A stretch of DNA of 59,383 bases from an uncultured Mycoplasmatota bacterium (GTDB taxonomy: Bacteria > Bacillota_I > Bacilli_A > RF39 > UBA660). Below, piece by piece: positions 1 through 7,951 of the stretch (its first letter is position 1; every line of letters starts with the position of its first letter). Below the pieces are notes generated by a model, which was given only the letters and a program-made list of their open reading frames with translations, was not told the DNA's origin and searched no databases. The stretch covers positions 1 to 59,383 of the forward strand of contig USFF01000004.1 in assembly GCA_900553835.1 (NCBI GenBank). Direction: 5' to 3'. The translations under genes were made by a program, and so were the position numbers.

Positions 1-55
1 CAATCCTCTAATTAGAAACTATTAATAAACTGTCCAACTTTTGGGGTTCAGTTCA
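1..55. mobile_element. Terminal inverted repeat of an IS3-family insertion sequence; the element body lies left of the window
   Basis: The reverse complement of 30-55 reads TGAACTGAACCCCAAAAGTTGGACAG. The TG...CA termini and the CCCC..GTTGGACA core are typical of IS3-family IRs. No transposase ORF lies inside the window. Confidence 0.4.
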
Positions 56-148
56 CCGGTTCATCATTTTATCAGTTTTTTATTTACTCATTTAATGCCT
101 TAAATTAATTAAGCTTTAACGATTTGACAAGATAAAACAATAAAAAGC

Positions 149-1186
149 TTAATTATTAGTCATTTTATTTTCTATAATAAGTGTTTTTAATATTTTAGTT
201 AAGTATCTTTTTACCTCTTCATTAACGTTATTCATATTTTTAAGTATATTCAGAATATCATTAACATTAAAATTAAAATGTTCATCATATTTCATATTTA
301 TAGATTTAATTAAAGTTTCAAAAACTTCTTCAACTTTATCTTTTTCAAGACTTTCTAGATTAGTAGTAGTACTCTCATGTAGTTTCACACTCATACTTGA
401 TAATTTACCAGGAATAAAATAGTTTCCAAATACTTCCCAAGATGTTGGATAATGTTCATACACAAAAGTATTATTACTCTCTACAGTACTATAATTGTCC
501 ATATTTAAAAGAACTCCTACAACTGAAGAAGAAGGTACAATTGTTACTAATTTATCTTTAATTTTTTTAAATTTAAAGGAATTAAATTCTTCTTTCAATA
601 ATCCGGGTCCATCAAAATTATAAATCTTTTTAATTTTTTTAAAAATATTGTTATTTGCCTCCATTGAACTAACTAAAGCTAAGTTACCACCTTTACTATG
701 TCCACATATATAAATATTTTTATCTTTAAATTTTACATTTTCATTTAAATAATCAATAGCCATTAATTGTGTATTAGTTGGATAAGAGTAGCCTAATCTA
801 AAGTTTTCAAACCATCCAATAACTGAACCATCTGTTCCTTTATATGAAATTATACTATTAGTTCCAAAATAAAATATACATGCTCCGAACTGAACACTTT
901 CGTTTTTAATATTAATAAAATTTTTAACCCTTAAACTCTTATATCTTTTACTCCCTTTAATAGAGTTCAAAATTTCATAAGCTATTTTCCCCATTTTACT
1001 ATAATCATTTTTATTAACAGTTTTATTTACATAATTGATAAACCCTGTCAAATCTAGTTCATTACTAAAACTTTTAATAGGTAAATACGAAAGTACAGAA
1101 AAAAGTAAAATATCAATTTCATTAATATTCACCTCTTCTAAACTAGTATTTTTATAATAATATAGATAATCTTTTAATGTATACAT
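149..1186 (-). CDS. Mbeg1-like (DUF2974) alpha/beta-fold hydrolase
   Basis: 345 aa ORF with the nucleophile elbow YICGHSKGGNLA and the upstream block ISYKGTDGSVIGWFENF, as expected for a lipase-like fold. An RBS AGGAGGAA lies upstream. Confidence 0.6.
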   Translation of the reverse strand: MYTLKDYLYYYKNTSLEEVNINEIDILLFSVLSYLPIKSFSNELDLTGFINYVNKTVNKNDYSKMGKIAYEILNSIKGSKRYKSLRVKNFINIKNESVQFGACIFYFGTNSIISYKGTDGSVIGWFENFRLGYSYPTNTQLMAIDYLNENVKFKDKNIYICGHSKGGNLALVSSMEANNNIFKKIKKIYNFDGPGLLKEEFNSFKFKKIKDKLVTIVPSSSVVGVLLNMDNYSTVESNNTFVYEHYPTSWEVFGNYFIPGKLSSMSVKLHESTTTNLESLEKDKVEEVFETLIKSINMKYDEHFNFNVNDILNILKNMNNVNEEVKRYLTKILKTLIIENKMTNN

Positions 1187-1218
1187 AGTTCCTCCTAATT
1201 AAAAAACTTCCGAAGAAG

Positions 1219-1704
1219 TTAATTAAATTTTACAGTTTTAGCCCATTCTTTAAACTTAGGCAAATATTTGTCCTTATCTTTAGCTTCGCATGAGAAATTG
1301 AATGACCAAAAGGCATCATCAGACTTATAATAACTAACAAAATGAAAATAAGTCTTATTATTTTCTTTTTCTTCGTACTTATAAAAACTTAAATTATCTT
1401 GAAGAATTAATTCATAATCTGTTCCTAAACTATTTAATATAGTACCTGCATAATCAATAACAGTATTATCTTTAGTAAGTTTTACTTCACTATCTTTATA
1501 TGACTCAAAAGAATTTTTAATAGTATTCATTTTAACATTTATATTTTCATAATTAAAAGAATTTTCTTCGTTAGTCATATCTTCTTCCATTGTTATACTA
1601 AATTCACTATTGGTATATAATTTATCTTTAGGCTCATACTCACAACCTGCTAAAAAGAAACATATAACTAAAGCCGCAAGTCCTAATAATATTCTACCTT
1701 TCAC
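1219..1704 (-). CDS. Putative lipoprotein, function unknown
   Basis: Signal peptide ending in the lipobox FLAGC (MKGRILLGLAALVICFFLAGCEYE); 161 aa. Confidence 0.6.
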   Translation of the reverse strand: MKGRILLGLAALVICFFLAGCEYEPKDKLYTNSEFSITMEEDMTNEENSFNYENINVKMNTIKNSFESYKDSEVKLTKDNTVIDYAGTILNSLGTDYELILQDNLSFYKYEEKENNKTYFHFVSYYKSDDAFWSFNFSCEAKDKDKYLPKFKEWAKTVKFN

Positions 1705-1763
1705 TTTACTTCACCTATTTTAGTTTAACATATTTTTCAAAAAATATCTACTCTTTTGTTTAA

Positions 1764-2438
1764 TTAATATATGTCCTTGTCATTTGTTATATTACCATCA
1801 CCACTTACAGGAAAAGTTTCTTTTACACTGTTTTTTGATTTAATAAATGATTTAATAAAGTCTTTATTTCTAGCAAGAACTTCTCTTAACTCTCTTTTTA
1901 TGAAACCTCTATATCTTATATCCTCTGCAGGAACTGCATAAACTTCTAAACCAAGTTTTTTTCCTATGTAAAGAGCCCTGTAAAGATGGTATTTTTGAGA
2001 AACTATAACAACTTTTTTGACTTTAAAAACTTCTTTAGCACGGTATAAACTATCAAACGTTGAAATACCTTTATGATCCATAAAAATGTCACTAGAATTT
2101 ATGCCTTTATTAACAGCATAAGTTTTCATAACATTTACTTCATCGTGGTTAGTTCTGGTATGGTCACCACTCATAATAATTTTTAAACTTACACCATTAT
2201 CATATAAACTAATGCTTTTAATTAATCTATCTTCTAACATAGGACTAGGTTTATTATTCCAAATACCAGCTCCAAGTACTAAAATAGCATCAACATTATT
2301 GAGTTTCTTTGCTTCATCTATAGTAAGTATTTTATTTTTAGTAGATAAAATTACATAAAAGTTAATAAATAATATTGCAAACAAAAATAAAGATATTACT
2401 ATAGTAAATAATTTAACTATCTTCTTCATATAAATCAC
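1764..2438 (-). CDS. SanA/YdcF (DUF218) family envelope protein
   Basis: N-terminal TM segment, then AILVLGAGIWNNKPSPMLEDRL and VIVSQKYHLYRALY, the usual DUF218/SanA blocks. The start codon (GTG at 2438 or ATG at 2429) is uncertain. Confidence 0.7.
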   Translation of the reverse strand: MIYMKKIVKLFTIVISLFLFAILFINFYVILSTKNKILTIDEAKKLNNVDAILVLGAGIWNNKPSPMLEDRLIKSISLYDNGVSLKIIMSGDHTRTNHDEVNVMKTYAVNKGINSSDIFMDHKGISTFDSLYRAKEVFKVKKVVIVSQKYHLYRALYIGKKLGLEVYAVPAEDIRYRGFIKRELREVLARNKDFIKSFIKSKNSVKETFPVSGDGNITNDKDIY

Positions 2439-2470
2439 AATATTATTATAACAAAAAATAACAAATAAAG

Positions 2471-4813
2471 TTACTTTTTAACCTTATTTGTCACTTTATT
2501 TATTATATATTCAGTAAAATTATCTAATCTAGTAAATATTTGTATACTAGCAGTGCCAAATACAATATAAAGTAAAATTGTACTAAAAGTTATACTCGTT
2601 AAATCAAAGAAGTCGTACCAAAATAATAAAGCATATACAAATATACCAATTAAAATAGTGATCATTGACGCTCTTAAAACATTAAATGGCTTACATAATT
2701 TAAATAGAAATATAAAGCCAGTAGTCGCAGTCATAATAACTATTAAAGTTGTAGCTAGACTAGGATCAATGTTAAATTCTTTTTTAAAAAGAGTTATTAA
2801 TACAACATTGAACACAACCGTTAAAGCTGGCGGAATACTTTTCTTAATTACATTTAACATAAAGTTTCCCTTTACCTTTTCATTGTTGGGCTCTAAAGCT
2901 AGAATAAACGATGGAATACTTATTGTACAAGCAGTGATTAAACTAAGGTGAATTGGTAAGTAAAAATATTCACTTTTCATGAAAAGACAAATAATTACTA
3001 ATATGGAAGTAAAAATCGTTTTAATTAAAAGTAAACTAGCACTTCTTTCAACGTTATTAATAGTTCTTCTTCCTTCATTAACAACTTTGGGCATATTACT
3101 AAAATTAGAATCAAGTAAAATTATTTGACTTACACTTTTAGCTGCATCACTAGCATTTCCAAAGGTTACAGCACAGTCAGATTGCTTAAGTGCTAAACAG
3201 TCGTTCACTCCATCTCCCACCATTGCAACAGTGTGTCCTTTATTTTGAAGTGCCTTTATAATCATTTTCTTTTGATGCGGTTTTACTCTTCCAAAAACAT
3301 CATAATCTGTATATTCTTCTATATTATTTTCATTAATTAATGTGGCATCTATTCCTTTAATATTTTCAAGTCCTGCTCTTTTAGCTACAGCAACAACTGT
3401 TTTATAAGAGTCTCCACTGATAATTTTAACATCAACTTTCTGTTTTTTAAAATATTCTAAAGTACTAGGGGCTTCTTTTCTAATTATATCTTCAATCAGA
3501 ATTAATGCCATTAATTTAGCATTACATGGCTTAATGGAAACTTCCTCATTAGTTTTAACTAAAGCAAGTACTCTATAGTCACTCACTTTATTAAGTTCTT
3601 CTTCATAAGATTTAATATCATCAAGTAAATATTCAGGAGCACCCAAATAATAAGTACCCTTTTCAAAGAAAGTTACACCAGAAAATTTCCTTTCAGAAGA
3701 AAACTCTTCTTTTTTACTAACGATATAGTCTCCTTTGACTTGATATTTTTCTTTAATAGCTTCTAAAGAAGAATTAGAAGTACTAAAAGAATAAGCATAA
3801 TTCATAAGTACAGAGTCAATATCATTATCACTAAAACCATTAAAAGGAATAATCTTATTAACTTTCATTTTCCCTTCAGTAATAGTTCCAGTTTTATCTA
3901 AACAAATAGTATCAACTCTAGCAAGAGTCTCAATTGAATAAAGTTCATTAACAAGAGTATTAACTTTTCCAAGTCTAATAATGCTAACTGCCATTACACT
4001 ACTTGTTAAAAGTAAGAGCCCATCAGGTATCATACCTATTAATGCACCAACTGAATGAAATACAGCATCCGTAAAATTCCCTGTTATTAAATATTGATTA
4101 TACATAAGTATAATTCCAACTGGGACAATTACTACACTTAGTACTTTTAATATTTTTACGAATGTTTCCATAATAACAGAATTAACTTTTTTACTATATT
4201 TAGCTTCTGCACTTATTTTAGAAATATAGTTATTTTCTCCTACATTAATTACTTTAGCATAACAAATACCACTTACAATAAAACTCCCACTTAATAAGGT
4301 GTCATTTTCTTTTTTACTTAGTGAATCACTTTCACCACTTATAAAAGCCTCATTTACTTCTACCGATCCATTTAATATTATTGAATCACATACAATTTGA
4401 TCTCCAATTTCTAGTTTCATGATATCATCAAGCACAATATCATTTATATCTACCAATTTTTCTTCTTTATTTCTAATAACCTTAACCTTAGTACTTGCTA
4501 AAACTGATAATTTATCTACAATTCTTTTAGATACAATTTCCTGGACTGTACTTATAATAGTATTTATAATAAGTACTCCCATGAATGTAGAATTCTTAAG
4601 TGCTTCAAATACTCTTAAACCAAGTATACCAGCTAAAATCATTAATGCACATAAAATACTATTTACTATATTAAAATAAGTAAATATATTATCTCTTAAT
4701 ATTTCTTTAATACTTTTAGTTGTTGGTTCATTATTAAAATTAACTAAGTTTTTTTGTTTTCTTATATTTACTTCTTCATCACTTAAACCAATTTTATAAA
4801 TAGGATCATTCAT
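2471..4813 (-). CDS. Cation-translocating P-type ATPase (HAD-IC family, specificity unknown)
   Basis: Phosphorylation motif CLDKTGTITEG, hinge MVGDGVNDCLALK, TM4 motif IPDGL, and multiple TM segments at both ends; 780 aa. Confidence 0.85.
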   Translation of the reverse strand: MNDPIYKIGLSDEEVNIRKQKNLVNFNNEPTTKSIKEILRDNIFTYFNIVNSILCALMILAGILGLRVFEALKNSTFMGVLIINTIISTVQEIVSKRIVDKLSVLASTKVKVIRNKEEKLVDINDIVLDDIMKLEIGDQIVCDSIILNGSVEVNEAFISGESDSLSKKENDTLLSGSFIVSGICYAKVINVGENNYISKISAEAKYSKKVNSVIMETFVKILKVLSVVIVPVGIILMYNQYLITGNFTDAVFHSVGALIGMIPDGLLLLTSSVMAVSIIRLGKVNTLVNELYSIETLARVDTICLDKTGTITEGKMKVNKIIPFNGFSDNDIDSVLMNYAYSFSTSNSSLEAIKEKYQVKGDYIVSKKEEFSSERKFSGVTFFEKGTYYLGAPEYLLDDIKSYEEELNKVSDYRVLALVKTNEEVSIKPCNAKLMALILIEDIIRKEAPSTLEYFKKQKVDVKIISGDSYKTVVAVAKRAGLENIKGIDATLINENNIEEYTDYDVFGRVKPHQKKMIIKALQNKGHTVAMVGDGVNDCLALKQSDCAVTFGNASDAAKSVSQIILLDSNFSNMPKVVNEGRRTINNVERSASLLLIKTIFTSILVIICLFMKSEYFYLPIHLSLITACTISIPSFILALEPNNEKVKGNFMLNVIKKSIPPALTVVFNVVLITLFKKEFNIDPSLATTLIVIMTATTGFIFLFKLCKPFNVLRASMITILIGIFVYALLFWYDFFDLTSITFSTILLYIVFGTASIQIFTRLDNFTEYIINKVTNKVKK

Positions 4814-4910
4814 CTTACTTCACCTTTTTATCCTACTAATATTTTATCAAATTTAAAGTTAAAAGTCATTAAAAGATTATAAAGTATTTAATAAAAGTTA
4901 AGACAAACAA

Positions 4911-4945
4911 AATAAAAAAGTAAATCATATTATAATAATTTACTT
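4911..4945 (-). terminator. Intrinsic terminator closing the glycopolymer locus
   Basis: An 8 bp stem aagtaaat/atttactt (4918-4925 and 4938-4945) overlaps the stop codon. It is followed on the minus strand by a U-run encoded by the A-run at 4914-4919. Confidence 0.5.
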
Positions 4946-6492
4946 TAATTACATTTGTTAATAATACATTCACTATAAAATGGTGAATATTTTCTAAGTT
5001 CAAGATAAACATTATCTAATCCATACTTTTCAGTTATAGTATTTTCCTTGGAAAATAAATTAGTTCCAACTCCTAGTCTTTCTCCATCTATTTTAACATT
5101 CAAAGCAGCTAAAGTAGTTGGAAACATATCAAGTGTAGTAAATGTCCTATTGGAGCTAGTAACAGGTTTAATAGGTGAATTAAGAAATGCATTGTAAATA
5201 GTTCTTGTATAGCCATTAGAATTAACTTCATCAAAAGAATAATTGTTCATACTTAAGTGGTCACCTGTAATAACAACTGTTGTATTTTTATAAAATGTTT
5301 GTTTTTGCAACCAATCAATAAAGTTTGCAACATTTTTATCCGAACAATAAACAGAATTTAAATATAAATTATCAGAAATCACTGGGCAATCATTATCCAT
5401 ATAACCATCTTGTGCATGCGTATCAACAGTTAAAAGAGTAAAATTAAAGGGTTCATCATTTTTAGAAATTTTATTTAATTCTTGTTTAGCATATTCAAAT
5501 AATATTTTATCTTCAAAACCCCAAAATACAAAATAATCATTTGAGATTATTCCATCTTTTCTAGCTGTGTAAAGATCATAAATCTTATAATTACCATGAG
5601 TAGTAAAATATAAATCTCTACTACCAAATGATGCATCAGATCCTACCATCAAATAGTTCTTATAACCGTTATCACTTAAAATATCTCCTAAACTAACCGC
5701 GCCAGGTACTATTTCTTTATAGTACTTTCCAAGTGAATTTCCATCAAATGGTGTCTTAAGTGGAATACCTGAAGTATGCGCAATCATAGCTGCCATAGTC
5801 CACGTAGTACCATCAACCTTATAAGCACCACCTATTTTATCATTGTTAGAGAAGTTTAAATTTTTTAATGCAATTTCACTTAAATTTGGTATATAATTAG
5901 TTTCAAAGAAACCACCATTAGTTTTAGATGAAAATGTATTTTCCATTGATTCTAAATATATGTAAATCAAATTTCTTTTTTCTTCTGGGAATGTTAAATC
6001 CACATTTTTAGGATTAACATAATTTTCTTCAATAAAAGAAGAATATATTTTTTGAGAATTTATATACTCGAAAAAATATAAATCATTTCCAACTTTCCTA
6101 TAACTAACTATTGCGAGTACAAACGAAAATAATACAAAAATAATTTTGAATACAGAATTAATAAATTTACTAAATAAATTAAAACTAAAATTTGATTTAA
6201 ATAGTTTCACCGAAATAAATAAATCATACTTCTTTTGATAAACAAAAATACATATAATAAATATAAGCAAAATAGTGGGCAAAAGTAAATTATATTTTAT
6301 AAAATCCAAAACAATACCATTTCCAGCATTTAAAACTGGAGAAGAAATTGTAAATAAAATCTCCTCAAAATTACTAAAAGAAAATTTACTTACTACCCAG
6401 TTACACGATAAATAAACTACTAAAGATAAATAAAATAATAATGAAGATAAAATAATAAGAATTTTATTTAAAACAGAAACTACCTTTTTCAT
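4945..6492 (-). CDS. Sulfatase-family membrane phospho-alcohol transferase (LtaS/OpgB/GacH-like)
   Basis: 515 aa with N-terminal polytopic TM region, then RNLIYIYLESMENTF, GTTWTMAAMIAHTSGIP and VVITGDHLSM. This is the alkaline-phosphatase-superfamily layout of LTA-synthase-family enzymes. It is a paralogue of 24921..26363. Confidence 0.75.
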   Translation of the reverse strand: MKKVVSVLNKILIILSSLLFYLSLVVYLSCNWVVSKFSFSNFEEILFTISSPVLNAGNGIVLDFIKYNLLLPTILLIFIICIFVYQKKYDLFISVKLFKSNFSFNLFSKFINSVFKIIFVLFSFVLAIVSYRKVGNDLYFFEYINSQKIYSSFIEENYVNPKNVDLTFPEEKRNLIYIYLESMENTFSSKTNGGFFETNYIPNLSEIALKNLNFSNNDKIGGAYKVDGTTWTMAAMIAHTSGIPLKTPFDGNSLGKYYKEIVPGAVSLGDILSDNGYKNYLMVGSDASFGSRDLYFTTHGNYKIYDLYTARKDGIISNDYFVFWGFEDKILFEYAKQELNKISKNDEPFNFTLLTVDTHAQDGYMDNDCPVISDNLYLNSVYCSDKNVANFIDWLQKQTFYKNTTVVITGDHLSMNNYSFDEVNSNGYTRTIYNAFLNSPIKPVTSSNRTFTTLDMFPTTLAALNVKIDGERLGVGTNLFSKENTITEKYGLDNVYLELRKYSPFYSECIINKCN

Positions 6493-6810
6493 TTATTTCT
6501 TCTTCCTAACATCAATTTTAATATTCACATTGTTATATATAAATTTATATACAAAAGGAATAAAAGTACTAATAGCAACTGATAGTAGTAAAAATTTTGC
6601 ACTAAAACCAAAAGTGAAAGTTTGTTCAGTAAACGTATCATATAAATGTTCTGTAAACATGGAACATATAATAACCACACACATATTTATAATCACATTA
6701 TAAATTGAATAAACTGAAATATATTGAACTATATTTTCACATTTAAAATATCTTAGATGTATTTTAAATGCTATAAATGCTGGCAAAAATAAACAAATAA
6801 ATAACCACAT
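6493..6810 (-). CDS. Small integral membrane protein, function unknown
   Basis: 105 aa with three hydrophobic segments. Its stop directly abuts the start of the LtaS-like gene, which suggests translational coupling. Confidence 0.4.
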   Translation of the reverse strand: MWLFICLFLPAFIAFKIHLRYFKCENIVQYISVYSIYNVIINMCVVIICSMFTEHLYDTFTEQTFTFGFSAKFLLLSVAISTFIPFVYKFIYNNVNIKIDVRKKK

Positions 6811-6998
6811 AATAACTAACCTCCATACTATTTGTTCTCATTTCTCTCATAAAGATATTTTTAAATTTTATTAAAATATTTGCCCTCTTATTTATATTTT
6901 ATCATAAAGAGTTAAATTTTAATAGAGTTACATTAACTTTTAAGTGCTCTTACCCTAAATAAAAACTGAAAATTATTAAGGAACTTTCAGTTTAAATT

Positions 6999-7478
6999 TT
7001 AATTATTATCAATATAATTTTCAATTAATTCAATCATGTTATCAGTGTTACTTTTATACATTTTAGGCTTAAATGTTTTAGCTCTTTCTAATGCTTTATC
7101 TAGTTCATCTGGTTTTAGTAATGGAATGATATATCCCATTTTTCCAAAATTTTCAATAATTTGAAGTTGATGATCATTTACATGTTCTCCATATTTTTGA
7201 AGTCTTGGACAGGCAATAACAATTTTATTATTTCTAAGCCCATCAGTGATTGTTCCAACACCTCCATGGCAAATAATAATTCTAGCTTCACTAATAATTC
7301 TTTTAAACTCATCCATCGGAAGAAATGAAACTGTTTTAAAATTAGTTGACTTAAATATACTAGAACCTGACTGTACTATGACTTCTTCATTAATATTACC
7401 AATCTCAATTTGTTTATCAACACTTTTTAATAATCTATCAAATTGAATATTTTGTGTACCAACAGAAACAAATATCAA
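6999..7478 (-). CDS. Glycosyltransferase catalytic subunit, PssE/Cps14G (Alg13-like, GT28 C-terminal domain)
   Basis: Begins IFVSVGTQNIQFDRL and contains IICHGGVGT. I place the start at the TTG at 7478, which overlaps the TGA stop of the upstream gene (TTGA) and lies 5 nt after GGGGGGTGG. The track ORF extends to 7532. Confidence 0.75.
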   Translation of the reverse strand: MIFVSVGTQNIQFDRLLKSVDKQIEIGNINEEVIVQSGSSIFKSTNFKTVSFLPMDEFKRIISEARIIICHGGVGTITDGLRNNKIVIACPRLQKYGEHVNDHQLQIIENFGKMGYIIPLLKPDELDKALERAKTFKPKMYKSNTDNMIELIENYIDNN

Positions 7479-7951
7479 TATATCCACCCCCCATAAACTG
7501 CTTTTGGGTAAAGTTTTAACATTTCTTCCCACTGAACTATAAATAAATCTGCAAACTTGTAAACTAAACTTCCTGTCTTTGTTTTACTTTGACTATTAGC
7601 AAAAGTTTCAATAAATATTATTTTACTACCAAGTAACTTTCCAATACATAACATAGGCCCGGATGTGTGAGCGCCGGTAGATATAATATATTTTGGTCTA
7701 AACAGAATATAATAATATAAACTAATAAAACAGTTAATAAGAAGTTTAAAAGCATAAAGTATTTTATTATTTTGCTTAGCATAAAGTAAATATTTAATTT
7801 TTTTACCATACTTGTTCTTTAAATCTTTATTAGTAAAGTCCTTTTCTGTTACTATTAAATAATCATACTTATTAAACATTTTTTTTAGCATTAAAAGTTC
7901 ATTTAAATGACCTCCAGTACTTGATATAAACATTACTCTTTTCTTTTTCAT
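7475..7951 (-). CDS. Glycosyltransferase membrane or accessory subunit, PssD/Cps14F (Alg14-like)
   Basis: 158 aa with FISSTGGHLNELL at the N-terminus and an internal hydrophobic segment. It is paired with the Alg13-like gene immediately downstream. Confidence 0.75.
   Translation of the reverse strand: MKKKRVMFISSTGGHLNELLMLKKMFNKYDYLIVTEKDFTNKDLKNKYGKKIKYLLYAKQNNKILYAFKLLINCFISLYYYILFRPKYIISTGAHTSGPMLCIGKLLGSKIIFIETFANSQSKTKTGSLVYKFADLFIVQWEEMLKLYPKAVYGGWIY

Noticed and set aside
2658-2951. Plus-strand ORFs lying antisense inside long minus-strand genes. Examples are 2658..2951, 4419..4679, 13115..13462, 40540..41067, 41416..42513, 43226..43645, 44635..45123, 46427..46837, 49497..49712, 51198..51719 and 54966..55457.
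   Set aside because: They are shadow ORFs. Their low-complexity F/L/S/I-rich translations are the antisense of K/N/E-rich AT-rich coding sequence. They have no ribosome-binding sites and no recognisable motifs, and each is fully covered by a well-supported gene on the other strand.
7487-7492. C6/G6 homopolymer at the pssD-pssE junction as a phase-variation switch.
   Set aside because: Six residues is shorter than tracts known to slip at useful rates. The run doubles as codons GGG-GGG (YGGW) and as the Shine-Dalgarno sequence for the downstream TTG start, which explains its presence.
7618-7809. Alternative-frame same-strand ORFs inside real genes (7618..7809 and 14049..14240).
   Set aside because: Both are nested out of frame within genes that carry clear family motifs, and neither has a signal of its own.
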